The position numbers were made by a program, and so were the translations under genes. A stretch of 56,522 bases of DNA from a virus (Duplodnaviria > Caudoviricetes), in the IMG/VR virus record IMGVR_UViG_3300019360_000285, positions 1 through 56,522 of that record, one strand, 5' to 3'. The notes under the pieces are model-generated. The model was not told where the DNA came from. It ran no database searches and saw only the letters and a program-made list of their open reading frames with translations. Each line of letters begins with the position of its first letter. Positions within the stretch are counted from its first letter, which is position 1. Positions 9,637 through 18,611 of the stretch are shown piece by piece.

Positions 9637-10469
9637 GATGTCGCCTCGCTGGGAGATCGTTCGCCGACCAGCAGGGCGACGAAGGCGAACTTGTCGACCT
9701 TGCGGATGTCGATGCGCTCCAGGTTGTCGAGCACGAAACGCCGCAGCGCGGGACGCGAGATGGTGTGCGCGTCGCCGCCTTGTTGCGGCAGCCTCTGCGT
9801 GCCTCGCCGTCCAGCCTCGACCAGGCCCTGCAGGCAGTAGCTGGTCATCGTCTTGCTATCGATGCCCAGGATCTGTGCCGCCTGCCGTGCGGACAGTGTC
9901 TCGCGATAGCGGCGTGACACCTTGAGGCGCGTCGCCCTCACCTTGATCGAGGCCGGCGTGCGCACAAAACCATGGGCGCGGAACACTGCGGCGGCACGGC
10001 TGAGGTCATGCAGCGGGACGCGGCCGAGCAAGGCCTCCTCGGCGTCGGTCCAGGCCGGTTCCTTGCGATGCAGGTTGGACAAGCCGAGCGCTGTTGCCCG
10101 CTTCTTGACCAACCACCGCGGCCAGTCGTTCTTGTCGGCGAGGTCGTTCAGGGCGCCGCGTGCCGTCAGCGTGTGGCCGATCTCGCTCAAGGCGGCGTCT
10201 ACATCTGCCGTAGAGTGGCGCTTGCGGGGGCCATCCGGCGTGCGTGGGGCTTTGAGGCCCAGCGCGTTGGCCTTGGCATAGATCCGCTGGACCGTTCGGG
10301 ACAGCCGCTCTGCGCAATAGGCGGGGCCATGTGTCTCGTAGTGCCTTTCGAGCACGGCAAGATCGTCGTCAGTCCAGAAGCGTTCGCTGCGTCGGCCTGG
10401 CACCGAGGGTGCGCTGAGCCGCGGCTTCTGCGCGCGGCCCTTGCGGAACGGCACGGCCTGCAGCGTCAT
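9633..10469 (-). CDS. Multi-HTH DNA-binding protein
   Basis: Repeated WT.aE/dD..L and A..LG motifs plus a C-terminal LSARQAAQILGIDSKT HTH. Confidence 0.7.
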   Translation of the reverse strand: MTLQAVPFRKGRAQKPRLSAPSVPGRRSERFWTDDDLAVLERHYETHGPAYCAERLSRTVQRIYAKANALGLKAPRTPDGPRKRHSTADVDAALSEIGHTLTARGALNDLADKNDWPRWLVKKRATALGLSNLHRKEPAWTDAEEALLGRVPLHDLSRAAAVFRAHGFVRTPASIKVRATRLKVSRRYRETLSARQAAQILGIDSKTMTSYCLQGLVEAGRRGTQRLPQQGGDAHTISRPALRRFVLDNLERIDIRKVDKFAFVALLVGERSPSEATS

Positions 10470-11728
10470 GACGACACCCGCATGCTGCTCGTGACGCGCA
10501 CCAGCTCGGTGCCGGGCAACGTCTCGATCGCGTCGTAGCGCTCGAGCAGCTCCAGCGCCGCGGCAACGTCGGGTCGCTTGACAGCGAAGTGCTGCACCAG
10601 GCCGGGGATCGAGGCGCCGTCCGGGGCCAGCTTGGCGAGCTCGGTCCAGACCTGCAGGGCGAGCGGTGCGGCCTTGGCGCGGATGAAGGATCGTACCGCA
10701 CGGAACGCGCTGTCGCCGCGCCCATCCTGCGCCGCTGCCTCCGCGTCCTGCAGGCTGTCGAGTGCCAGCAGTGCACGCGCCTGGTCGGTGGTCACCGGCG
10801 CCGGTGCCGTGAGCGCCGGCATGGCGCCGCGATGCTGGCTTTGCACCGGCCCGACCGCGATGCCGACCGGGCTCAACGTGAAGCCCGGACCCGTGGCGAT
10901 GAAGTGGCCCGGCGTCAGCAGCGGCAGGCGATCGAAGCCCTTGCGCGCATCCCAGCCGATCGTTTCCGCCGCGCGCTTGACGTCGAGATCGAGCGTATTG
11001 AGTCCGATCAGGAAGTTGTGCACCTCCGACGCGACCGACTTGCTCAGCCGCGCCAGGCGCTGCGTCGCCAGCACGCCGGCCAGGCCGCGCTTGCGGCCGC
11101 GGCTCATCAGGTCGACTACGGCGCCGATCGCCGCCTTGCGCACGGCGGTGCCGATCGAGGCCTCGCCACCGAATGGCGCGAACAGGTGGGCCTCGTCGAT
11201 CGCGACCAGGGTGGGATGCCAGAAGTCGCGCGGGCACTCGATCAGCGCGAGAAAGAACGCCGCCACGGCCATCATCTGCTCGGCGCGGTCCATGTCGCTG
11301 AGATCCAGCACCAGGGAGATGCGATGCTCGCGCACGCGCCGGCCGAGCTCGGCCAGCGCCGTGCCGTCCAGGTGGCGTGCCTCGACATGGACCATGCCGA
11401 GCGTGTCGGCGAGGGACCGGAACTCGCCCTCGGGATCGATCACGATTTCCTGGATGCGGCCCCAGGCCTGCTCAAGAAGACGGCGCAGCAACCAGGACTT
11501 GCCGGCGCCGGAGATGCCCTGGATCAATGCCCGGCCTTCGAGCAGCTTCACCAGGTCGAGCCCGAGCGGGATGTGTGCCCGGTCTTCGAGCGTGCCCAGC
11601 ACGATCGCGTTGGGTGACAGCACGGGCACGGATTCCGGCTTTTCCGGCCGCGCCGGCGCCGGCGTGCCGCCGTTGAGGCGCGATAGGAAATCGCGGTTCT
11701 GTCGGGCGAGATCGGTCGTTGCGCTCAT
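10466..11728 (-). CDS. HerA/DUF87-like P-loop ATPase
   Basis: Walker A GISGAGKS, IDPEGEF, Walker B IDEAH, GRKRG and ATQR. Confidence 0.85.
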   Translation of the reverse strand: MSATTDLARQNRDFLSRLNGGTPAPARPEKPESVPVLSPNAIVLGTLEDRAHIPLGLDLVKLLEGRALIQGISGAGKSWLLRRLLEQAWGRIQEIVIDPEGEFRSLADTLGMVHVEARHLDGTALAELGRRVREHRISLVLDLSDMDRAEQMMAVAAFFLALIECPRDFWHPTLVAIDEAHLFAPFGGEASIGTAVRKAAIGAVVDLMSRGRKRGLAGVLATQRLARLSKSVASEVHNFLIGLNTLDLDVKRAAETIGWDARKGFDRLPLLTPGHFIATGPGFTLSPVGIAVGPVQSQHRGAMPALTAPAPVTTDQARALLALDSLQDAEAAAQDGRGDSAFRAVRSFIRAKAAPLALQVWTELAKLAPDGASIPGLVQHFAVKRPDVAAALELLERYDAIETLPGTELVRVTSSMRVSS

Positions 11729-12036
11729 GCTGCGCGCCTCCGGGCCTTGGCCTGATTGTGCGGACCGATGAGCAGCAGGCCGCGGCGGAAGAAGGCGGAA
11801 TGGAGGGCGATGCGGTTCACCCCGAAATGCGCCGCCGTGTCGGCCAGGGTCCGGTCGGGATCGGCCATGCACCACGCGTACATGGCGCGGATCCGCTGAT
11901 CGCGTTGCTGCTTCTTCTCGAGCGCCAGGCGCCGGCGCCGTTCGCGCATCGCGATGCGCTTGATCGACCGAGCCCGGGCGAGGCGCTGTTTCAGTTCAAG
12001 GATCTCGCGATCGCAGATGTCGACGATGTCGGTCAT
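11725..12036 (-). CDS. Hypothetical protein with C-terminal HTH
   Basis: TLADTAAHFGVNR; coupled. Confidence 0.55.
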   Translation of the reverse strand: MTDIVDICDREILELKQRLARARSIKRIAMRERRRRLALEKKQQRDQRIRAMYAWCMADPDRTLADTAAHFGVNRIALHSAFFRRGLLLIGPHNQAKARRRAA

Positions 12037-12437
12037 GGCGCTGCGCTCCCCGCGCGCACGCGCACGACGGGCTTGATGGGCTTGAGGCACGTCACGCGGT
12101 GACGGCCGTTCGACTGGCCCTCGCGGGCAGCGATGCGGTCGCGCGCCAGCTCGCGGGCGCGGTCGGCGTGGAGCGCGATCTCGCCAGCCGTGAAGCCGGC
12201 CGCAGCCAGGTGCTGCTCGGTGCAGGCGCCGTCAGCTGCCGATCGATCGACCATGACGGCGGCCATCAGGCGCGCGAAACCGCCGGCCGTGTTCGGCGCC
12301 TCGACCCGGCGTCCGCCGATCTGCAGGGTGCGTGCGTGCGGCATGTCGCCCCAGCCGGCGTACCAGATCTCGCGCGGGATCAGCGCGTCGGCTTGCCACT
12401 CGGTCATGATGCCGGTATCGCGGTCCCATCGGCTCAT
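12033..12437 (-). CDS. Hypothetical protein
   Basis: Coupled ORF; CTEQHLAAAGFTAGEI..HADRAR pattern. Confidence 0.55.
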   Translation of the reverse strand: MSRWDRDTGIMTEWQADALIPREIWYAGWGDMPHARTLQIGGRRVEAPNTAGGFARLMAAVMVDRSAADGACTEQHLAAAGFTAGEIALHADRARELARDRIAAREGQSNGRHRVTCLKPIKPVVRVRAGSAAP

Positions 12438-12694
12438 GACTGCCTCCGGGCCTGGCGCTGTGCGGTCGCCGAGCCGACGATCAGCCATTGGCCGTTGCTG
12501 CCGACATCGACGCGCTCGGTCGGCAACAGGGCCGTGTCGGCGAAGATGCGTAGCGAGGCGAGGAAGGTGCGCCGTGCCAGCCACAGTTCAGTCGTCGTGC
12601 CTGGGCCGGTGCCAACGACGACCCATGCCCCCTCCGCGTCTTTCACCAGGCGCCGGGCGTCGGCGACGGTGCGGCCGAATTGCCGGGCCGTCAT
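12434..12694 (-). CDS. Hypothetical protein, paralog B (FGRTVADA)
   Basis: Collinear similarity to 12843..13109. Confidence 0.65.
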   Translation of the reverse strand: MTARQFGRTVADARRLVKDAEGAWVVVGTGPGTTTELWLARRTFLASLRIFADTALLPTERVDVGSNGQWLIVGSATAQRQARRQS

Positions 12695-12846
12695 CGGTTC
12701 ACCCAGGCGAGGGAGCAGACCAGGCCGGTCCCGGCCGCCACCGCCATCGGCCCGATCAGGCAGGCCGCGCGTCCCAAGAGGGCATTCAATACGAAACCGA
12801 TGTTGGCGCCCGCCATGAAGGCGAGGAGGATGAGGATCGTCGTCAT
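12691..12846 (-). CDS. Small hydrophobic membrane protein (51 aa)
   Basis: MTTILILLAFMAGANIGFVLNALLG...; two hydrophobic stretches; ATGA-coupled at both ends. Confidence 0.55.
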   Translation of the reverse strand: MTTILILLAFMAGANIGFVLNALLGRAACLIGPMAVAAGTGLVCSLAWVNR

Positions 12847-13109
12847 GCGACCCGTCCTTCCGCGTGCGCGATGGCGTCGTGTGCGCCGACCACCAGCCAG
12901 GTTCTGCCTTTGTAGGTGTCGAGCCTGCTGGGCAGTGCTGCGGTTGGCGGTCGCCGGCCGACGCCCTCGACGAACTGCTGGCACGAGATCCAGAAATCGA
13001 AACACTCGTGGTCGGCCGGTCCGGTCTTCACCTCGAGGAAAACGCACTCGGCCAACTGGGTGAATCTGATGGCATCGGCCACGGTGCGACCGAACTCGCG
13101 ATCGCTCAT
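12843..13109 (-). CDS. Hypothetical protein, paralog A (FGRTVADA)
   Basis: GGAG RBS; similar to 12434..12694. Confidence 0.65.
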   Translation of the reverse strand: MSDREFGRTVADAIRFTQLAECVFLEVKTGPADHECFDFWISCQQFVEGVGRRPPTAALPSRLDTYKGRTWLVVGAHDAIAHAEGRVA

Positions 13110-13204
13110 CGTGTTTCTCCACGGCGGATGCCGTCGATGAACAGGGCCAGCGCCAACCAGGCGAAGGCCTCGAGCGCGATGCAGGGCCAAGCGCTCATGC
13201 TCAT
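13106..13204 (-). CDS. Small hydrophobic peptide (32 aa)
   Basis: MSMSAWPCIALEAFAWLALALFIDGIRRGETR; coupled at both ends. Confidence 0.45.
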   Translation of the reverse strand: MSMSAWPCIALEAFAWLALALFIDGIRRGETR

Positions 13205-13323
13205 AGCCCCTTGCACCGGCGCCACCGCGGGCAGCCGTTCACGAGGCACATGCGCGAGCCGCAGTGAGGCCGGCGCTCGAGCAGGGCGATCAGTCGGCGG
13301 AGGAGCTCGCGCATGGCGATCAC
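13201..13323 (-). CDS. Small Cys-rich peptide (40 aa, absent from the ORF track)
   Basis: VIAMRELLRRLIALLERRPHCGSRMCLVNGCPRWRRCKGL; GTGA/ATGA overlaps with both neighbours. Confidence 0.45.
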   Translation of the reverse strand: MIAMRELLRRLIALLERRPHCGSRMCLVNGCPRWRRCKGL

Positions 13324-13622
13324 CGCGCCGCCGCGATGCGGCTAATGACGTCGAAGGCGACCTGGCCCGCGTCGGTGACGCCGTCCAGCGCGTCGCGCAG
13401 CGCAACCCGGTCGCCCATGGCGAGGGCGACCTCGATGGCGGCCGCGGCGTCGTGCAGCAGCTCGGCGAGCTGCACGGCCTGCGCCTTCAGACGCTCGCCA
13501 TCCGCCGTCTGCGGCCACGGGCCGAGCAAAAGAGCGATGCCGGGGCGAAGGTGCCCGGGTGCATCGCGAACGGCGTTCGCGATGGCCGGGTCGGCGAGAG
13601 GGTGGAAATACGTGTCGGACAA
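13320..13622 (-). CDS. First gene of the leftward early operon, hypothetical
   Basis: TTG start with GGAG RBS, downstream of the PL-like promoter. Confidence 0.55.
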   Translation of the reverse strand: MSDTYFHPLADPAIANAVRDAPGHLRPGIALLLGPWPQTADGERLKAQAVQLAELLHDAAAAIEVALAMGDRVALRDALDGVTDAGQVAFDVISRIAAAR

Positions 13623-13649
13623 AGCGCGCTCCGTTCAAAACGGAGCGTG

Positions 13650-13692
13650 ACATTGCGAAAATCGCAAAACTAAGTCAATGCAAAAAACGCAA
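13650..13692 (-). promoter_or_regulatory. PL-like promoter with OL operators
   Basis: Minus strand TTGACT-N17-CAATGT (13678-13650); operator TTGCGAAAATCGCAA at 13653-13667 and a degenerate copy at 13678-13692. Confidence 0.75.
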
Positions 13693-13738
13693 ATGCCTTT
13701 GCGACCAGCTTTGCGGCTGGCTTAGCCGGTGTCCGGTA

Positions 13739-14083
13739 TCAGTCGAGTTTCGCCAGTTTGGGCGGGTTGGCGGCGAGGCGGTCAAGGCCGCCCGCCTGCT
13801 GCGTCGGACTCAAATCGGTGCCGCAATACCGGCACTTGATGGCTGCCGCCTGCACCCATTCCGCGCAGGTCGGGCAGCGTTTCTTGGGGTCGTCGGTCTT
13901 TTGGGGTGGAGCCATCACGACGGTCGCCTTCTTCGAAGGCATCCCGATGGCCAGAATGAGCGCCAGCGGCCAGAACAGCAGTCCCAGCAGAAAGTACCCG
14001 AACCCGAATCGCCCCTTGGCGCTGGCGATGATCCAGGCGGCGACGGCGGCGAGTAAGGCGAACAGGAACCAAAGGACTTCCAC
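13739..14083 (-). CDS. Membrane protein with zinc ribbon, downstream of cI (possible superinfection exclusion)
   Basis: Two hydrophobic segments plus CPTCAE...CRYCG. Confidence 0.7.
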   Translation of the reverse strand: MEVLWFLFALLAAVAAWIIASAKGRFGFGYFLLGLLFWPLALILAIGMPSKKATVVMAPPQKTDDPKKRCPTCAEWVQAAAIKCRYCGTDLSPTQQAGGLDRLAANPPKLAKLD

Positions 14084-14125
14084 AACTTCCCTCCCCCTCG
14101 GCCCTTCAGCGTTGCGGGGCTCAAA

Positions 14126-14740
14126 CTACTTCAACCGCCTGTGGTGTTCCACCACGACACCGATCACCCGGCCAGGGTGGTTGGAATCAATGGTGAGGGT
14201 CGGCCAGTCCTCATTGAGCGGGATCAGCTCGATCACCGGCTTGTTCCTGCGGTCGAGGCCGCGCGGCCGGTATTTCTTGAAGGTGGCCTGTTCTTCGCCG
14301 TCGAGCTTTGCAACCACGAAGTCGCCGGGAATCGGCTGGACATCCGGATCGACGATGATCCTGTCGGGTTCGCGAAACTCCGACAGCATCGAGACCCCCT
14401 TGACGATCAGGGCGAACGCGCGCTCGCCGACCGGCTCGTTGGGGTGGACCACATCATAGTCATCGCCCTGGGGGAACGGCTCGTTGACCTCGCCCCAGTG
14501 GCCGGCCTGGACGTAATCGACGATCGGAACCCCCAGGGGCCGCAGCCGCTCGGTGTAGTCCGCCTGGTCGGGCCCGACGCCGAGGTACCGGGCGATGCGT
14601 TCGACCTCGTCCACCTTGAGCCGCCTCGACCCGGCGAGGAGCCGGGTGACCTGCGACGGATTCAGACGCAAGGCGCGCGCCAAGCCCGCCCGGCTCCGGC
14701 CCGGCCGCTGCAGTCCCTTGTGGATCCATTGGATCGACAT
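14126..14740 (-). CDS. CI-like repressor (HTH plus S24 peptidase)
   Basis: AGLARALRLNPSQVTRLL HTH; VQAG cleavage site; GVSM (Ser) and TFKKY (Lys) catalytic motifs. Confidence 0.93.
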   Translation of the reverse strand: MSIQWIHKGLQRPGRSRAGLARALRLNPSQVTRLLAGSRRLKVDEVERIARYLGVGPDQADYTERLRPLGVPIVDYVQAGHWGEVNEPFPQGDDYDVVHPNEPVGERAFALIVKGVSMLSEFREPDRIIVDPDVQPIPGDFVVAKLDGEEQATFKKYRPRGLDRRNKPVIELIPLNEDWPTLTIDSNHPGRVIGVVVEHHRRLK

Positions 14741-14759
14741 GGGTCGCAACGTGCCGGAA

Positions 14760-14829
14760 TTGCGTAAATCGCAATATCGAGTATATCGCAAATTTGTATT
14801 TGACAAGATTTGCGAAAATCGCAAATCAT
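14760..14829. promoter_or_regulatory. OR operators and PR-like promoter
   Basis: TTGCG-N5-CGCAA at 14760-14774 and 14810-14824, degenerate copy at 14777-14791; TTGACA at 14800-14805. Confidence 0.8.
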
Positions 14830-14836
14830 CCGCGCC

Positions 14837-15112
14837 ATGAACCCAGCCAAGCGCGTCATCGACAAGTTCGGTGGCCCCCAAGCCTGCGCCGACGCGATCG
14901 GCCGTCACGTCAGTACCGTCCATCGCTGGACTTATCCGGTCGAAAAGGGCGGCACGGGCGGCGTGATTCCGCGTCGGCGCGAGCGGGAACTGCTGCGGGA
15001 AGCGGCGACGCGGCAAATCGCGTTGTCGCCTGTCGATTTCCTGCCCGATCCGATCGAGCCGGCCTCGGCTGGTGCACCGGCAGGGCAGGGCATTGGGGCT
15101 GGAGGGGCATGA
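14837..15112 (+). CDS. Cro-like regulator
   Basis: VIDKFGGPQACADAIGRHVSTVHRW..GGTGGVIP; divergent from cI. Confidence 0.88.
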   Translation: MNPAKRVIDKFGGPQACADAIGRHVSTVHRWTYPVEKGGTGGVIPRRRERELLREAATRQIALSPVDFLPDPIEPASAGAPAGQGIGAGGA

Positions 15113-15588
15113 TGACAGCGCCATCCTCGCGCGATCGGGGCGATAGCACACCATCGGCTGATGCCGTGCCCGGCGAGGATGTCATCCGGCAGCGGGTCGC
15201 CGACGGCCTGCGGCTCTACGTCGGCAGCGGTCGGCGGTATTCGACGCGGGCTGTGGTCGAGGCGACCGGGATCCCGGAGCCGACCCTGAAGGACTACCGC
15301 AGCGGCGCGATCTCGATGCCCGTGTCGCGGTTCGTCCAGCTGGCCGCGGTGCTGCCGGCCGGGTTCGCCGACCAGGTGGTAGCCCCGGCCGGCCTGGCCG
15401 TGCTCGATCGCACTGCAGCGCGTGCCAATGACGACCACGCGCTGGCGGCCGACGTGGCCTCGGCGCTGCAGGGCCTGGCCGAGGCCTTGCGCGACGGGCG
15501 CATCGATCATCGCGAGCGCGCCGCCCTGGCGCCGCTGGCGCGGGAGATCGGGCAGCAACTGCTGGCGTTCGCGGAGCAGGCGTCGTGA
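15109..15588 (+). CDS. CII-like phage regulatory protein
   Basis: Follows cro; HTH plus C-terminal ALRDGRIDHRE motif. Confidence 0.7.
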   Translation: MMTAPSSRDRGDSTPSADAVPGEDVIRQRVADGLRLYVGSGRRYSTRAVVEATGIPEPTLKDYRSGAISMPVSRFVQLAAVLPAGFADQVVAPAGLAVLDRTAARANDDHALAADVASALQGLAEALRDGRIDHRERAALAPLAREIGQQLLAFAEQAS

Positions 15589-15923
15589 CGGACGAACCGT
15601 TCACACTGCGCGTGCGCCACGGCCTGGAGTATGTCGACGGCCGGCCGGTCGGCGTGGTCTACCTGGTCGATCGTCGCGACCCGCTGGTCGAGATCACGTA
15701 TGCGCTGCCGATAAGCGAAGCCTATGCGCTGGCGGCCACGCTGCGCGTGGCGGCGTCGATATCGAACGGCCCGTTCAAGACGGAGTTCCGCACGCGCGAT
15801 GGTGGTGTCGTCGAGCTGACGGTGCAGCTGGCCTCGGCGCGGCATGCCTTCGAGACGCTCCGTCGTCACGCCGAATCCGCAACGATCCTGCGCGGGCGCG
15901 GCCATCACGAGGTCGCGGCATGA
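15585..15923 (+). CDS. Hypothetical protein
   Basis: Coupled ORF. Confidence 0.55.
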   Translation: MTDEPFTLRVRHGLEYVDGRPVGVVYLVDRRDPLVEITYALPISEAYALAATLRVAASISNGPFKTEFRTRDGGVVELTVQLASARHAFETLRRHAESATILRGRGHHEVAA

Positions 15924-16222
15924 CGCCCGCGCTGCCCATCCTCGAAGTGTCACGCTCGCATGACGGCTGGGTGCTGGTCATCGACGCCGGCGGCATGTCG
16001 ACATGGCGGCTGCGGCCGTGGGCGGCGCAGTTCCTGGCCCTTCGCATCGCCGCCGGCTTCGTCGCGCGGCAAGAGATATGTCGCGGACAAGCGGCCGTGG
16101 GTCACAGCGCTGACGACATGGTGTCGTTCGCGTGGCCGCGGGAGCGGGCCGAACAGGCGGCGCTCGACCTGAGCCGCGCCGCCATGCTGTGCCGCCTGCA
16201 TCCAACGGGTGGCCCGCCGTGA
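15920..16222 (+). CDS. Hypothetical protein
   Basis: ATGA-coupled ORF starting MTPALPIL. Confidence 0.5.
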   Translation: MTPALPILEVSRSHDGWVLVIDAGGMSTWRLRPWAAQFLALRIAAGFVARQEICRGQAAVGHSADDMVSFAWPRERAEQAALDLSRAAMLCRLHPTGGPP

Positions 16223-16431
16223 CGCCGGCACCCTCGATCCAGCAGCTGATCAACTCGGTGCCGCGGGTCTCGGTCGCGGCGGCCGCGGCGCGCCTGGCGC
16301 GCTGGTACGGGACGCCGGTCGAGGCGACGACGGACGGCAAGTGGCGGATCCGGGGCTGTTCGCTCAGCGACGATGAGCTGGTCGACCGCTACCGGCTCAA
16401 GTGCGCGCGGACCCAGCAGGGGGTCGGGTGA
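16219..16431 (+). CDS. Hypothetical protein
   Basis: GTGA-coupled ORF. Confidence 0.45.
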   Translation: MTPAPSIQQLINSVPRVSVAAAAARLARWYGTPVEATTDGKWRIRGCSLSDDELVDRYRLKCARTQQGVG

Positions 16432-17549
16432 TGCGCCACGATGCCACCCGCCGCGAGTTGTACGCCCGGCGCGCCGAAGAGGTGCGGGAACGCATCCAGC
16501 CGTCCGAGGTGATCGGGCGCGCCGTCACGCTGAAAAAGCACGGTCGCGACTTCGCCGGGCTGTGTCCGTTCCACAACGAAAAGACGCCGTCGTTCTGGGT
16601 GGTCAACGGCAAGCGCTTCTTCCACTGTTTCGGCTGTGGCGCCAGCGGCGATGTCATCGACTTCGTGCGGCGGCACTACGGCAAGACGTTCATCGAGGCG
16701 CTCGAGCTGCTCGAGGCCCAGGGCGGCCTCCAGCGCCTGGCCACCCTGCCCGCGACGGGCCGCACCGAACTGGACGAGGAGACGCGGCGGCTGCGCGCCG
16801 AACGCGAGCGTGAGAACCGCGAGGAAGCCGAGCGCAAGCTACGCACCGTCCACGGCATCGTCGGCAGCCTGCAGGTCATCACGCCGGATGGGCCGGTCGA
16901 TCGTTATCTCCGGGGCCGCTGCATCGTGCCGCCGGCGACGTATGGCGTCGGCGATGCCGCGGTGAACGCGGGCTGGCCGGTCGATATCGGATTTCACCCG
17001 TCGCTGTGGCATCCCTACGCCAAGACGCGGCACCCGGCCATGGTGTCGCTGATTCGCTCGCCGGCGGGCGTGCTGTGGGCCGTGCATCAGACCTTCCTCG
17101 TGCTGGCCGATCGCGGGCACTGGATCAAGGCCAGCTTCGCCGAAAAGCAGTGGACCAAGTTGGTGCTCGGTGGCTACGCGCGCGAGGTGCCCGACAGCGA
17201 CCGCAAGGTTGGCGGCAGCATCCGGCTCGGGCCGGCGGCGGCGCAGATGACGGGCGGCGAGGGACTGGAGACGTCGCTCAGCTGCATGCAGATCTGGCGC
17301 CGCTCGGGCGTGTGCTTCATCTCATCGAACAACATGCCGAACGTCGAGTTGCCGTTCGCGTGCAGCGATTTCGTCTACGGCGCCGACAAAGATCCCAAGC
17401 GCCAGGGTGAGCACTGGGCTTGGCGCGCGGCCCGGCTGAACAGCCAGGCGCGCCGCGTGCAGGTCCAGGTGCCACGGCTCGCTGATCTCAAGTGCGATTT
17501 CAACGACGTGCTGCAGCGTTCGACCGCGATGCAGGGGGAGGTGGCGTGA
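16431..17549 (+). CDS. CHC2 zinc finger plus Toprim primase
   Basis: CPFHNEKTPSF...FHCFGCG; GEGLET, ADKD and DFND Toprim motifs. Confidence 0.9.
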   Translation: MRHDATRRELYARRAEEVRERIQPSEVIGRAVTLKKHGRDFAGLCPFHNEKTPSFWVVNGKRFFHCFGCGASGDVIDFVRRHYGKTFIEALELLEAQGGLQRLATLPATGRTELDEETRRLRAERERENREEAERKLRTVHGIVGSLQVITPDGPVDRYLRGRCIVPPATYGVGDAAVNAGWPVDIGFHPSLWHPYAKTRHPAMVSLIRSPAGVLWAVHQTFLVLADRGHWIKASFAEKQWTKLVLGGYAREVPDSDRKVGGSIRLGPAAAQMTGGEGLETSLSCMQIWRRSGVCFISSNNMPNVELPFACSDFVYGADKDPKRQGEHWAWRAARLNSQARRVQVQVPRLADLKCDFNDVLQRSTAMQGEVA

Positions 17550-18151
17550 TGCGAGAACCTCAAGACCGCGTGGACCACGCCACCGCTCTTGCCGGCATGC
17601 ATGGACGAGCCTGGATCGTCGACCTGGAAACGATGCGCCGGCGGCTCGGTTTCGAGGTTTCCGCCGACTGCACAGGCGTGTGTTGGGTGATCGAGGCGCC
17701 GTCGGCGCATCCGATCTGGCATTCGTACATGCTGACACTCATCAGCCTGAGGCCGATGCCGGGCATAGAGACGGTTTTTCATCTCGATGGCGCCACTCAC
17801 GAATTCTGGCTCTACGCGCTGGAACCGGATGCGCCGCGGCAGTCCATCATTGCGGGCATGGAGAACAGCCTCTCCAGATGGTGGCTCAATCCCTGCAACT
17901 TCGCGGCTCAGTTCATCGCTCCGTCTGACAAGGAAGCGCTCCATCGGATTCGATCGGCCGTGGCGCGGATCTGTGAAGGCCAGCTGTCACCAGACACGGA
18001 TTACATCAGGCACTGGATGTATCTGTTCGGCGACAACATGGTGAAGGACAAGGGCCGCGCTGGTGAGACGCGCATCGTCCTTGACCTGGGTGGACCCAAA
18101 AAAACCGAAATCGTCATTCCCGCGAAGCCCGGACCACAGGACCATCACTGA
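17549..18151 (+). CDS. Hypothetical protein
   Basis: Coupled 200-aa ORF with GGAGG RBS. Confidence 0.65.
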   Translation: MREPQDRVDHATALAGMHGRAWIVDLETMRRRLGFEVSADCTGVCWVIEAPSAHPIWHSYMLTLISLRPMPGIETVFHLDGATHEFWLYALEPDAPRQSIIAGMENSLSRWWLNPCNFAAQFIAPSDKEALHRIRSAVARICEGQLSPDTDYIRHWMYLFGDNMVKDKGRAGETRIVLDLGGPKKTEIVIPAKPGPQDHH

Positions 18152-18609
18152 TGCGGCGCGCTCCCGACATCGTCATCGGTTCCGCCGACTCGCCCTATCT
18201 GCGCCGGTGGTACCTGATCCCGCACAACCGGGTGGTCAACGTCTACCTGCATCAGTTTGTGCGCAGCGATGACGATCGCGCCCTGCATGACCATCCCTGG
18301 TCCAACATCTCGATCCTGCTGCGCGGCAGCTATTTCGAGCACACACGCGACGGCCAGAAGCTGCTGCGCCGGCCCTGGCGGCCCTGGGCGCCGTGGCGCC
18401 TGGTCATCCGCCGACCCAGCACCGCGCATCGCGTTGAGCTTCTCTCCGTGGCGACTGTCGATAGTAGCCGCGAGCTGCCGTGCTGGTCGCTTTTTATCAC
18501 CGGTCCGAAAGTGCGTGAGTGGGGGTTTCTGTGCCCGTGGGGTTGGCGGCACTGGCGTGACTTCAGCACCGGCGAACGCGGTGAAACGCTCGGTCGGGGC
18601 TGCGACTGA
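18151..18609 (+). CDS. Cupin-like phage protein
   Basis: YLHQFVRSDDDRALHDHPW...HRVEL...WSLFITGP..REWGF. Confidence 0.75.
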   Translation: MRRAPDIVIGSADSPYLRRWYLIPHNRVVNVYLHQFVRSDDDRALHDHPWSNISILLRGSYFEHTRDGQKLLRRPWRPWAPWRLVIRRPSTAHRVELLSVATVDSSRELPCWSLFITGPKVREWGFLCPWGWRHWRDFSTGERGETLGRGCD

Positions 18610-18611
18610 TG

